This document shows positions 10,001 to 18,672 of a stretch of DNA of 50,257 nt, piece by piece (within the stretch, counting starts at the first letter, position 1; each line of letters starts with the position of its first letter). The position numbers and the translations under genes are program-made. The DNA comes from a virus (Duplodnaviria > Caudoviricetes). Location of the stretch: positions 1 through 50,257 of the IMG/VR virus record IMGVR_UViG_3300037470_000506. One strand, given 5' to 3'. Under the pieces are notes generated by a model. The model had not been told where the DNA came from, searched no databases, and saw only the letters and a list, made by a program, of their open reading frames with translations.

Positions 10001-10308
10001 AAGTCGCCCTTGTCCAGGAAGAACCCGCCGACCACCTTCTCGGCGAAGCCCGAGAGCGTCGCGCCGTCGACGGTGGCGGTGTCGATGCGCACCTGCCTGA
10101 CGTACTGCGCGCCCACCTTGCCCGGCGCGGGCGCCTCGATGAACTGTGCGTCGGCCGAGTCGCCACGGATCACCATGCGCCCCATGCCCGGGCCGTTGGC
10201 GTCCTCGCGCACCTCGTACGCCTGGCCCAGGCTGAAGCGGACCAGCCGCGTCCCGCCAACCGGATCGGTGCGCGGATAGAGGTCTCCGACGTACAGGTAG
10301 CGGCTCAC
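7063..10308 (-). CDS. Large tail protein with discoidin (F5/8C)-like domain and pectate-lyase-like beta-helix
   Basis: ASS...DAVDGDPATRW...YRYW; FNVQTYGA...GGGRLYFPG then Asn/Ile ladders; DHGALTGLADDDHTQY. Confidence 0.8.
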   Translation of the reverse strand: MSRYLYVGDLYPRTDPVGGTRLVRFSLGQAYEVREDANGPGMGRMVIRGDSADAQFIEAPAPGKVGAQYVRQVRIDTATVDGATLSGFAEKVVGGFFLDKGDFEALSERSTRKLTFGGAGPEAILERVVMANVTYVSGAEGPFDGEWHWYFSDPGEILHRAIQEANEASRPQSPIPGVTVDFTQLVDSDGNAWAGHGATWLFTFPSGRPITELIARLREHGLYVRVDPDTFVVSAWPTAAYRTAHDFTGSAWGAGVIRFMKSPDGNRANGNILDDAKRGVEVYKRRSHLLVGKDDNWEWVAASPLPDVTWEGSFQVDDEEGNAFPSLGAIQLQARDDAGDTARIRFKCQASSPATGQYLPFDDVLPNYLVTAHSGATEWDWNEAEFPVASITLKVRRTGIGDAWVDLGATFREAGQQDASAQPVPHHTHPPNPRLCPRAVDILLGLTDASLKASSENTVDGTLRHDAVDGDPATRWSPASNEGPTVDHWWAADVGAAQEAEAFRYFLSAAGEPDLASAGTVYGSNDAGAWSWLPSGKIAADPTANGWTAVVSWSGLTSAPDGNSDTGLRDFDAASYRYWLVRATAGGVLTTSEFDASTFELWTNPRNGHSVYADRCDHGHSASEIDERRYGNVQAAIDAFYEQPGLPWFNVQTYGAIEDNATDMLASGNLAIAAMNAGGGGRLYFPGRGVGYLASGGFDAITVPGIVMGDGMGATLITCSSGTANLFTSNCSTFAPGFRDMRLVNSAATPTAGAGIRTIGTGNMARYQNLRIESFWTGIRSEDGAAFVMDGLSMNGMRKYCVHISNAGDPDEGDWHIANSIFVASVNSPDAAIRLDSSGGGKITNTKINGHAGNFTNGLEVAISSGDTVILVFADSSIEAVSGDCIDISQSAGATWKHLIFTGNQFGMWNNNTGKAISIVGANAGALSEIVIANNVLHTNGTPRSAIRLTNVDNVGLSGNVLDGFDDLYTATTSTNITEGAAGVTDHGALTGLADDDHTQYLNENRHDALAHAELDDTFTVDPGTATYDDTGDGVDVTVTSKWGITSGGAPYFDPANVASGDEAALVYNPATGQYRLVRYE

Positions 10309-10766
10309 GGAGCGATGACCCAGTCAGGCGGGGAGGCGATGCTCTCGTACTTCAGCTCGAAGGCGCGCGCACCGTCCCATCCGCGGATCGGGCCGGGCTT
10401 GCTGCCCAGCGCGCGCAGGCTGGACAGGGTGGCTGTCTCGCCAGTCGCCAGCCCCTCGTTGGGCGGGTGCGCCACGAGGGCGACCAGAGCGGTCCCGTCC
10501 ATCTTGGCCATCAGCGCGTCGACCTTGGCGCGGTAGGCGGCCCGCCGGGCGGCCGCGCTGGCTCCGACGCCCCAGACGTGCCCGAACAGGCTGAGCGGAC
10601 GGATGCCCTTGATCCACGTGCCAGGCTCGCGCCCGGAGGCCCCGACCACCACGTCGTCCTCGCCCTCGAAGGTCGGCAGGTCGTCCAGCCCGCCCTCGAT
10701 CACGTCGAACCAGATGCCGGCGGCCACGTCCTGAAGCTCCAGCCCTCCGAGTACCAGTCGGCTCAT
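10305..10766 (-). CDS. Distal tail (Dit)-like protein
   Basis: Position immediately after the tape measure gene; size. Confidence 0.6.
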   Translation of the reverse strand: MSRLVLGGLELQDVAAGIWFDVIEGGLDDLPTFEGEDDVVVGASGREPGTWIKGIRPLSLFGHVWGVGASAAARRAAYRAKVDALMAKMDGTALVALVAHPPNEGLATGETATLSSLRALGSKPGPIRGWDGARAFELKYESIASPPDWVIAP

Positions 10767-13627
10767 CCGCCCACCGCCCCTTCATCGAATCTCGAGATCC
10801 CCTCCAGCTCGCGCATGAAGTCATCGCGCCCGAACGGCCCCTGGTCGCGCCCGTTGTAGTGGAGGTGGTACTCGGTCACCTGCACCGTGGCGCCCAGCCC
10901 AGCCACGCCGGCGGCGCCAAGACCCGGGGTGCTGGCGATCGCCGGAGCGCGAATATCGGGAATGGCCATGGCGTCGATGCCCGCCCAGTCGAGACGCATA
11001 GACTCGGCCAGTCGGCGCATCGCCTCCGCGCCCTTCGGTGTCCGGCGGTCGATCCCGCCGGCGATCAGGTCGACGATCGCTTCGCCGGTGTGCCCGAGGC
11101 CGCGGAACGGGGACTTCGGATCCTTCGGCTCTGAATCCGGCAGCACGATGCGCGCGGCCTGTGCTGTGCCGCGCATGGCCGACTGCAGCCGCCACACCGA
11201 CTCGTCCACGCCGTTGGCGATGAGGTCAACGATGTTGCGGCCAGCCTGCGTCCAGCCGATCTCGTTCTGCAGCGAGGTCAGGGCGGCGCGCCCAACCCGG
11301 CTGGCGGCGGTGGAGGCAGCCCGCTCGTTGGCATCCATGCCGCGCGCGTATGACGCGATCGCTTCCAGCCCCTGTGGCACTGCGTCGATCTCCATCGCGG
11401 CCAGGGACTCGCCGGTGACGTTCTCCTCGATCCAGTCGATCAACGCCTCCATCTCACGGTCCATACCCTCCCGGATGGCAGGTGGCACCGCATCGCCCGA
11501 CTCCAGTGCGCCCGGCTCCATGAGCGCGAACTCGCCTAGCATCCGATTGACGAACTCGGTCGTGGCCCCCACGGCCCCCGGGTCGTCGCTGTCGAGTGCC
11601 GTCTTGATGACCGTGATCATGTCCTGGCTGAAGATGTCCGCCTTGCGCTCGGCCTCGGTGTACGGATCGTCCATGCGGTCGAGCAGCCCCTGGAACGCCT
11701 CGCGCACCGACTCATCGGAGTCGAACATGCCGGCGATGCCACCGAGCATCGCCTTCATGTGTGCGAGCGCCGCGTCGCGCGCCGCCTTAGCGGCATCATC
11801 GATCGGGCCCATCGCACCGTCAGCAGCGGCACCGATCGGGATGCCGGCGGCCTCCAGCGCGGCCACCACCTCGGGCGGGAGAGCCTCGATGGCCGCGGCA
11901 GCCCCGTCGGCAGTGTCGGCCGCATAGCCGAGGATCTGCTTCTGGTACGCCTCCCAGGCGATGCCCGACTCCTCAACGGCATCCCACTGCGCATCGGTCA
12001 TTGCCTTGTTGCCACGTTCCACCGCATCGACCGCATCGTCGAAGCTGCGCCCGGTGGCCTCCATGTACTCGCGCACCCGCCGCTCTGCAGCGTCGAAGCT
12101 GATGCCCAGCTCGTCGGCAAGGCGGCCGATATGCTTCTCGACCTTGATCGTGTCCTCGCCCGTCGAGTCGGCCAGCGCCTTCATTTCGTCCGACAGTGGC
12201 GAGAGCGCGTCGTCGATCAACTTGTCGATCGCCAGCACCGCCAGCCCCGCGGCGACGACGAGGCCGCCCGGACCGATCATGAAGCGCGCGAAGCCGATGC
12301 CGTGGCGGATGGCAGCCGGGAAGCCCTTGGCCGAGCCGAGGAACGCCACCGCCTTGATCAGGTGGCCCAGGCCGGTGGTCAGCTTGCCGACCACGACGAG
12401 CATCGGCCCGATCACCGCGATGAACGCCAGCCCGCGGATGATGAGTTGCTTCGTGTCGTTGTCGAGCGTCTTCCACCAGGCCGACAGGCCGCGCGCCATG
12501 ACGGCGATCTCGCCCATGATCTCCACCACCAGCGGCAGGACATCGGTCCCGAGCTGGATGGCGGTGACCTGCAGGTCGGCCATGTTGCGGTCGAGCTCGC
12601 GCTGCGGCCCTTCGGTGTCCTCGTATCCCTGCTGCAGGCGGCCGAGCGAGTCGTTGACGTCGCCGAAGATGTCGTTGAGCTGCTCGGTGTCCAGCGTCAG
12701 GAGCGACGTGACGCCGCGCAGGGCGCGCACGTTGCCGAACACCAGCGACGATGCCTGCTCGTTGCCCGCGAAGCGCTCCTCGAGGGTGCGCAGCGTGGCC
12801 AGCAGCCCCTCCTCGCGCAGCTGGCGGCGCAGCTCGGCCGACGACAGGCCCATGTCGCGCAGCGCCCCCTCGGCCTCCGAGGTGGGCTTGAGCAGGCTGA
12901 TCAGCACCTGGTTGAGCGACGTCGCCGATTCCTCGGCCGACAGGCCGGTCAGCGTCATGCCGGCCAGCGCGGAGGCGACCTGGTCGAAGGTGACGCCCAG
13001 GCTGGCGGCGGTGGGGGTGACGCGACCGATGACCGAGGCGAACTCGGGCGCCTCGGCGGTGCCCTTGCTGATGGCCTCGACCAGGATGTCGGCCGCACGC
13101 GCGGCGGTGATGTTCTCCTTGCCGTAGGCGTTGATCACCGAGCCGAGCACCTTGGCGACGTCCTGCGTCTCGCCGAGTCCGGTGGCGGCCGCCTTGGCCG
13201 ACGTGCGGAGCACCTCCATCGCCTCGTCGGCCTCGAAGCCCGCCGACGCGACGAAGTAGAACGCCTCGGCCAGCTCCTGCGGCCCGCGGCCGACCTCCGG
13301 CGCCAGCTTCAGCAGCTCCTCGCGGATCCCGCCGATCTGCTCCTGTGTGACGTCGGTGAGGCCGACGACCTGGCGCAGGCTAGTGTCGAAGTCCAGTCCC
13401 ATCTTTGCCACGGCGCCGCCGGCCGCGATGATGGGCAGGGTGACGTTGCGGGTCATCGAGCTGCCCACGTTGGACATCGACTTCCCGGCGTTGATGAAGC
13501 TCTTGCCCGTCTTATCGGTGAAGCCCTGCGCAGCCTTGTAGGCGCCGCTCAGCTTCGAGTGGAACTTGGAGTCGTCGATGTCGAGGTCGAGGACGCTGGT
13601 CCCGAGCTTCGCGCCGCGCCTAGCCAT
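10763..13627 (-). CDS. Tail tape measure protein
   Basis: 954 aa, Ala-rich helical; MTRNVTLPIIAAGG...FDTSL...PQELAEAFYFVASAG (TP901-type). Confidence 0.93.
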   Translation of the reverse strand: MARRGAKLGTSVLDLDIDDSKFHSKLSGAYKAAQGFTDKTGKSFINAGKSMSNVGSSMTRNVTLPIIAAGGAVAKMGLDFDTSLRQVVGLTDVTQEQIGGIREELLKLAPEVGRGPQELAEAFYFVASAGFEADEAMEVLRTSAKAAATGLGETQDVAKVLGSVINAYGKENITAARAADILVEAISKGTAEAPEFASVIGRVTPTAASLGVTFDQVASALAGMTLTGLSAEESATSLNQVLISLLKPTSEAEGALRDMGLSSAELRRQLREEGLLATLRTLEERFAGNEQASSLVFGNVRALRGVTSLLTLDTEQLNDIFGDVNDSLGRLQQGYEDTEGPQRELDRNMADLQVTAIQLGTDVLPLVVEIMGEIAVMARGLSAWWKTLDNDTKQLIIRGLAFIAVIGPMLVVVGKLTTGLGHLIKAVAFLGSAKGFPAAIRHGIGFARFMIGPGGLVVAAGLAVLAIDKLIDDALSPLSDEMKALADSTGEDTIKVEKHIGRLADELGISFDAAERRVREYMEATGRSFDDAVDAVERGNKAMTDAQWDAVEESGIAWEAYQKQILGYAADTADGAAAAIEALPPEVVAALEAAGIPIGAAADGAMGPIDDAAKAARDAALAHMKAMLGGIAGMFDSDESVREAFQGLLDRMDDPYTEAERKADIFSQDMITVIKTALDSDDPGAVGATTEFVNRMLGEFALMEPGALESGDAVPPAIREGMDREMEALIDWIEENVTGESLAAMEIDAVPQGLEAIASYARGMDANERAASTAASRVGRAALTSLQNEIGWTQAGRNIVDLIANGVDESVWRLQSAMRGTAQAARIVLPDSEPKDPKSPFRGLGHTGEAIVDLIAGGIDRRTPKGAEAMRRLAESMRLDWAGIDAMAIPDIRAPAIASTPGLGAAGVAGLGATVQVTEYHLHYNGRDQGPFGRDDFMRELEGISRFDEGAVGG

Positions 13628-13883
13628 CGGTGCCCACCTTCGGCACGCTCTTCACGCCGATGCCGAGGCCGGCCATCTGCGCTTGGTACATCTCCTTCGA
13701 CTTCGGCCGCATGACCGGGCGGCTCTTGCCGGCCTGCTTCTGCCAGCCGTCAGCGATGCGTCGTCCGACGCCCTTCTTGAGAGTTCCGGAGCCGACCGCC
13801 ACCCGCTCCGCGGCCTGCAGCGACTCCTCGGCGCTGATGCGCGGAAGCTCGTCGGCGTAGGCATTGAGGAACGGGGTGGGCAT
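13620..13883 (-). CDS. Tail assembly chaperone, downstream (T-like) frame
   Basis: Directly before the tape measure gene; its frame stays open upstream into the preceding gene (-1 frame). Confidence 0.65.
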   Translation of the reverse strand: MPTPFLNAYADELPRISAEESLQAAERVAVGSGTLKKGVGRRIADGWQKQAGKSRPVMRPKSKEMYQAQMAGLGIGVKSVPKVGTDG

Positions 13884-13885
13884 GG

Positions 13886-14392
13886 TCAGCCAGTCGCTCC
13901 ACTTGTGGCCGGGGTAGAAGCGGCTGAGGCGGGGGAGGAGTCGGCCGAGGTCGGTGGGTTCTCGGTCCGCGGGGTCGTCGGTGTCGGGCCCATCACCGCG
14001 GCTTGAAAAGCCATGACGAGCCGAACCTGTTGCTCGGCGTCGAGGCCGTCGATCACGTCCTGCGGTGCGATGAGCACGAGGGCGCAGAACTCGCGCAGCA
14101 GGTGGATCATCCGCGTCGCGGCGGCCAGGTCATCCTGCTGCGGGATCAGCGCCTTGGCGTCCTCCGCGTAGCGCTGCAGCTTGGCGATGGCGGCCAGGCC
14201 GAACTCGGAGCGCAGGCGCATCGGGTACAGGTTCTCGGTCCACGCGTAGCGCACCGGGAACCAGCGCAGCAGGACGTCGAAGTGGCGATGCTTGAACCGC
14301 TGCCACGGCCCGTCCGGCGCATTGCGGCGAATCTTGACGGTGGGACGCTCGGGTTCTAGGTCACCGAGCGTGAGAATCGGATCGGCTGGCAT
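13886..14392 (-). CDS. Tail assembly chaperone (G-like)
   Basis: Between tail tube and tape measure; low-complexity S/A/P C-terminus typical of frameshift overlap. Confidence 0.65.
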   Translation of the reverse strand: MPADPILTLGDLEPERPTVKIRRNAPDGPWQRFKHRHFDVLLRWFPVRYAWTENLYPMRLRSEFGLAAIAKLQRYAEDAKALIPQQDDLAAATRMIHLLREFCALVLIAPQDVIDGLDAEQQVRLVMAFQAAVMGPTPTTPRTENPPTSADSSPASAASTPATSGATG

Positions 14393-14538
14393 CAGGACCG
14401 CCCTCCCTCGAACCGCTCCGCGAGCCGATCCATCTCCGCCTCGGTGGTGACACGCTCGACGCCGTTAACGTGGAGGTGGTAATGGACTGGGCGCTGGCGG
14501 CGCAGGACCGCCCTAATCAGCCGTAGAACGTGTCGCAT
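14392..14538 (-). CDS. Small hypothetical protein (48 aa)
   Basis: Manually translated MRHVLRLIRAVLRRQRPVHYHLHVNGVERVTTEAEMDRLAERFEGGRS; stop overlaps the next ATG. Confidence 0.5.
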   Translation of the reverse strand: MRHVLRLIRAVLRRQRPVHYHLHVNGVERVTTEAEMDRLAERFEGGRS

Positions 14539-14725
14539 GGCTATCTCTGCTCTCCTGAGCTCTGACGGGTTGACGGATCAGGCGGATGCCGACACGCGCG
14601 CAGTCGGCTTCGAGCCGCTCCAGATCGCGCAGGCGACGCTTGGCGGCGTTGCGGTGGAAGCGGACGTCGTCGAGGATCCGCCGACGCTCGATCTGCGCCG
14701 CCGCATGGGTCAGGGTCACGGTCAT
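14513..14725 (-). CDS. Hypothetical protein
   Basis: Coupled ORF. Confidence 0.5.
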   Translation of the reverse strand: MTVTLTHAAAQIERRRILDDVRFHRNAAKRRLRDLERLEADCARVGIRLIRQPVRAQESRDSHATRSTAD

Positions 14726-14979
14726 GCCCGCTTCCTCGCCCTCGACCGCTTCGGCGCGGTGTGGAGGCTGAACTTGCGGCGGTCCGGGTTGGCGATGTGC
14801 CGGGTGAGCACGACGTGCAGGCGGAGCGCGCGGCCGGAATCGACCACGACCGCACGCTCCACGTAGCCCACCTTCCCGAGGCCGCCATAGGCGACGTCGT
14901 GCCCTCTGAACTGCTGGCCCGCGCTCGCGGTCCAGCGCCCGTCAGACGCGAGAAGGTGGAAGGCAGCTCGCTCGATCAC
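14722..14979 (-). CDS. Hypothetical protein
   Basis: GTG overlapping the tail-tube stop codon. Confidence 0.5.
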   Translation of the reverse strand: MIERAAFHLLASDGRWTASAGQQFRGHDVAYGGLGKVGYVERAVVVDSGRALRLHVVLTRHIANPDRRKFSLHTAPKRSRARKRA

Positions 14980-15569
14980 GAGCCGGCGTCCGGATCCTCG
15001 GCCCGGACCACGCCGAACTCCTCGCCCTCGTCGGCGGTGGTATCGACCAGCGCCACCACGAGGAACTCCAGACCGGCCGGCTCGCCCTTGACGAACGTGA
15101 CCTCCGGGGCACCCTCGGTGTAGCCACGGGGGAGTTCGTACTGCGCGGCCAGCGTGTCGTCGTAGGGCGACGTCCCTCGGATGAGCCACGCCGACTCGTT
15201 GATCCCGAAGCCGCGGTACAGGCCGACGACCCGCTCGCCGCCGGAGTCGGTCACGGCTCCCTGGTGCAACGCGTCCGCGAGCGCTTCGAGCGTCAGATCC
15301 CACAGCGTGAACTGGACCTCGAAGTCCTCCTCGGTGCGCGCCGCCTTGATCGGTCCGGTGGATCCGGCCGGCCGGATGCGGTTGACCGACTGGGGGTGCC
15401 GGACGACCACCCCGTCGTTGCTGTACGACTTGTTGCCATTGACGCCGAGCTTCGTCCATCCGGCTGCGACGATCGCTGCGTCGGCATCTGTCAGTGCCGG
15501 AAACGCGGTCCCGACGGGCGCCCGGTAAACGACTTCCGGGCCGCCGATTACGATGCTGGAAGGCTCCAA
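14976..15569 (-). CDS. Major tail tube protein
   Basis: VYRAPVGTAFP...GWTKLG...DGV...FTLWDLTLE; position; GGAG RBS. Confidence 0.8.
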   Translation of the reverse strand: MEPSSIVIGGPEVVYRAPVGTAFPALTDADAAIVAAGWTKLGVNGNKSYSNDGVVVRHPQSVNRIRPAGSTGPIKAARTEEDFEVQFTLWDLTLEALADALHQGAVTDSGGERVVGLYRGFGINESAWLIRGTSPYDDTLAAQYELPRGYTEGAPEVTFVKGEPAGLEFLVVALVDTTADEGEEFGVVRAEDPDAGS

Positions 15570-15590
15570 CTTCGTCTCCTCTCCGTGGCC

Positions 15591-16109
15591 CTAAGCCACA
15601 AACGTTTCGATGAATGAGGCTCCATAGATCCCGACTGCTTCCGGCGCCTCAGTGACCGGGTCGGGGAACTGGAGGGGACCCCCCTCCACCGTGTAATCGC
15701 GCACGAGTGCGGTGCCACCGCTATGGACGGCGCGGGCATTCGACACGCTCTTGAGGAAGGCCTCGACCTCATCGAGCAGGACCATCGCGTCGCCCTCGGT
15801 GCGCCCGTAGCACTCGATGTCCTGGCGGCGGCGGCTCCACGGCGCGCGGGATTCATCGCCGCCAGAGCGGATGCGGCCCGATGGCCGGATGACGACGATG
15901 CGCACCGACTTCGCCTGGAGCAGTGCCGCCCAGTCGTGGCCGGTGTAGCCGGTCAGCGGCTTGCCGGCCTCCTTGCGCGGATAGCCCAGCGCGAAGATGG
16001 GCGCGACGGTCAGGCTCGGGATCGAGTCCTGCGGCAGCAGGAGGCTCGTGATGCTGGACTGGCCGAGCAGGATGAGACGTGTGGTGGCGATGTCGTTCGG
16101 CACGCTCAC
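15591..16109 (-). CDS. Tail terminator protein
   Basis: Position before tail tube; RRQDIECYG motif. Confidence 0.6.
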   Translation of the reverse strand: MSVPNDIATTRLILLGQSSITSLLLPQDSIPSLTVAPIFALGYPRKEAGKPLTGYTGHDWAALLQAKSVRIVVIRPSGRIRSGGDESRAPWSRRRQDIECYGRTEGDAMVLLDEVEAFLKSVSNARAVHSGGTALVRDYTVEGGPLQFPDPVTEAPEAVGIYGASFIETFVA

Positions 16110-16387
16110 GGGGTGGCCTCCATTCGGGCCGCCACGAAATCGCGAGCCGTGCCACAGGTGCAGGCCTGCACGACGAGCGTCTCGGATTGCGGGCGGTGCC
16201 AGCCGAGCACCTGCCACGCGTGAACGTGCTCAGGCTCAGGCGCGGCGGCCGCTGCGGCCTCGGCTTCGCGCGCCGCGACGAGGTAGGCGTGCAGCGAGCC
16301 CGCGACCTCATGACCGAAGCGCACGGATCGCTCCTCGGCTGCCGCGTTGCCGAGAGCCTCGATGGCCTCGGTGACCATGTCCGCCAT
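16106..16387 (-). CDS. Hypothetical protein
   Basis: HVHAW...CTCG motif; coupled ORF. Confidence 0.6.
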   Translation of the reverse strand: MADMVTEAIEALGNAAAEERSVRFGHEVAGSLHAYLVAAREAEAAAAAAPEPEHVHAWQVLGWHRPQSETLVVQACTCGTARDFVAARMEATP

Positions 16388-16755
16388 CAGCCGATCCCCT
16401 TCCGGTACTCATCGGCCAGGCGGTCCTGAACCGCGGGGAAATTGACATCGGCGGCGGTGCGCAAGGCAGCGCCGTTCTTGACCTCGAGGATCAAGAGGTG
16501 GAAGGCATCTCCCTCGCCGCCGGTCACGTTGCCGCGGATGCGCCGCTTCTGCTTCCTGGCCGGGTTCGTGCCGATCGAGCCTTCGGCCGTGCCGGTGCGG
16601 CTCACCCAGCCCTTGTGATTCGCTCGGGCGTACTCGGCGGTGGCCTCGGTCGTGCGGTCTATGGAGCGCATGGAGGCACCCTCGACCCGCTTCTGGATGT
16701 CTTTGCCCAGCCAGGTGAGGTAAGACCTACCAAAGCGCTTCCGCGTGGCCATCAC
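16387..16755 (-). CDS. Tail completion/neck protein (HK97 gp10-like)
   Basis: RTGTAEGSI motif resembles the (D/R)TG.L..SI signature; position. Confidence 0.6.
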   Translation of the reverse strand: MMATRKRFGRSYLTWLGKDIQKRVEGASMRSIDRTTEATAEYARANHKGWVSRTGTAEGSIGTNPARKQKRRIRGNVTGGEGDAFHLLILEVKNGAALRTAADVNFPAVQDRLADEYRKGIG

Positions 16756-17129
16756 GCACTCACCCGGCTGAGCGTCAGTTCGAGGTGCGTGCGCGCGTTG
16801 AGGACTGTTTCAACATGCAGGATGGCCGGCTCGATCACGGCTCCCAGTCGGTTGACGACGGCCGGGTGAGCGGTGCCGGCGACCGGTCCACCGAGGCGGT
16901 CGGACTCGGTGACATCGGCCGACAGCGGGATCAGGGCGCGGAGGTCCGTAACGACCGCCGTCGTCTCCTCGGTCACCACCTCACGCTCCGTCGAGCCGTA
17001 CAGGAAGATCGGTAGGCTCGGGAGGTGCTCGGCCCACACCGCGGGCAGCGGGTTGCCGAAGCCATCGTTCCCGGACGAAGTGAAGCGCTCGACGTACGCG
17101 CGCTGCGTCATTCTCGACCGGCTAGTCAT
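16752..17129 (-). CDS. Head closure (head-tail adaptor) protein
   Basis: DGFGNP...W...DVTESDRL...HLELTL. Confidence 0.7.
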   Translation of the reverse strand: MTSRSRMTQRAYVERFTSSGNDGFGNPLPAVWAEHLPSLPIFLYGSTEREVVTEETTAVVTDLRALIPLSADVTESDRLGGPVAGTAHPAVVNRLGAVIEPAILHVETVLNARTHLELTLSRVSA

Positions 17130-17674
17130 CGCAGCCACATCCCCGCGAGCTCGGTGATGAGCTCGTCGCGCTGCTCCTGGTAGCCGAGCCCACCCGCCCG
17201 GGCTCCGACCGACTCCTCGGAGTAATCGCCATCGCGGCGGGCATCGAGGCCCGACCATTCAAGCGACAGCTTCACCAGGTCAGCGACCACGCGGTCATAG
17301 CGGTCATCCGTGGCGGCGCCGGCGTAGGTGATGTGGAGGTCGCCGCGCCAGCACGACGGGGAGCCCGCCGACAGCCGTTCGAGCAGGATGCCGCCCGGGC
17401 GCAGCCGGTAGTCAACGGCTGCGTCGAGCTCGGCCCCGTCCTCTGTGACCTCGTCGACCGTGGCGGCCGGCGGATCGAGCGGGATGAAGCGCTGCCCGAT
17501 GCCATCGGCATACGACTCGATGCTCCCCGCGCCGATGCCGGTGCGCGTGGCGATCTCGCCGACGGCGCTCTTGGCCTTCGACGCAAGGGTCGCATCGGAC
17601 AGGTCACTCTCCACGCCGAACGCGCGCAGCGCAGCCGCGAGGGTCGCGTCCGAGCCCGTCCAGTCGACGCTCAC
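17126..17674 (-). CDS. Head-tail connector protein
   Basis: ITYAG...V...DGDYSE; position after capsid. Confidence 0.65.
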   Translation of the reverse strand: MSVDWTGSDATLAAALRAFGVESDLSDATLASKAKSAVGEIATRTGIGAGSIESYADGIGQRFIPLDPPAATVDEVTEDGAELDAAVDYRLRPGGILLERLSAGSPSCWRGDLHITYAGAATDDRYDRVVADLVKLSLEWSGLDARRDGDYSEESVGARAGGLGYQEQRDELITELAGMWLR

Positions 17675-18663
17675 GCCACAGCCCTCCCCGGGAAGCGCAG
17701 CGCGATCGCGCGCTCGTACAGATCCATGAGCCGCTCGATCGCCGGGATCTCGGCGTGGAAGCGCGCGGCGTGCTCCATGCCCTTCGCGGCCCATTCGGCG
17801 CGCAGGTCGGCGCTCTGAACCAGCCGGCGCAGGACGGTGACGAGAGTCCGCGGGGTGGCGTTCGCGAACGGCAGGCGACGGTTGAACTCGCGTCGCATCC
17901 GATCGATGGTGTACGGCGTGGCCCCGGCGATGACCGGTAGGCCCATGCCCCACGCCTCGATGGCATTGCAGCCGTAGCCGCCGGGGTACTGCGTGCCCTT
18001 CTGTGCATCCACCGTGGCGACCTGGTCGAAGTAGATATCCGCCGATGCCTTGCGCCGGATGCAGTCGGCGTTGGTGACGCCCTCGATCAGGTCGAGCTCG
18101 ACCGACAGGCCCTCAGCCTGCAGCTTCGCGACGGCGGCGATGAGGAGGTCGGTGCCCTTGCCGGCGCGGAAGGTGGGCGCCGTGGCCACGCGAACCGTTC
18201 CGTCAGCTTCGCGCCGCTCACGGCCACGAATGGCGGCCAGCCCGTCAAGGTCGAACGCCGTCGGCAGCCAGTGCAGGGCCTCGGGATCGGGCTCGGTCAG
18301 ATCGAGCGTGCTCACCGCCTGAACCCATCGATGCGTTCGCGCATAGGCCATCAGGTCGGCTGAAGACGAGCGAAAGATCGTGCCGTGGTGATGCAGCAGC
18401 ACGGGACGCGGCTGGTTGCGACCGTAGCGGTCGTAGGCCGTTACATGGTTGTTGAGGTGGACGATGTCGGCGCTGATCCACAAGCGACGCACGGCCGCGC
18501 CGTTGCCGCTGGCAATGATGTCGGTGGCGTACTTCGCGTAGGTCACCGTGGCCGTGACGGCGCGGATGCGCAGCCGATTGGTCATGTGCCGATCGGCTGC
18601 CCGCTTCCAACGGATGTTCTGTCCGCCGGTGTCCTGGCCGGCGCTGATGATGAGCGCGTCCAC
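17671..18663 (-). CDS. Glycosyltransferase, GT-B (GT4-like)
   Basis: ADIVHLNN, HHHG, KGTD, ADIYFDQ...GYGCNAIEAWGMGLPVI. Confidence 0.85.
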   Translation of the reverse strand: MDALIISAGQDTGGQNIRWKRAADRHMTNRLRIRAVTATVTYAKYATDIIASGNGAAVRRLWISADIVHLNNHVTAYDRYGRNQPRPVLLHHHGTIFRSSSADLMAYARTHRWVQAVSTLDLTEPDPEALHWLPTAFDLDGLAAIRGRERREADGTVRVATAPTFRAGKGTDLLIAAVAKLQAEGLSVELDLIEGVTNADCIRRKASADIYFDQVATVDAQKGTQYPGGYGCNAIEAWGMGLPVIAGATPYTIDRMRREFNRRLPFANATPRTLVTVLRRLVQSADLRAEWAAKGMEHAARFHAEIPAIERLMDLYERAIALRFPGRAVA

Positions 18664-18672
18664 CGCGGACCC

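Noticed and set aside
11759-13714. Long plus-strand ORFs (also 19254-20603, 27491-28870, 33599-35071, 37556-38674)
   Set aside because: Antisense shadows of high-GC3 minus-strand genes with no recognisable motifs
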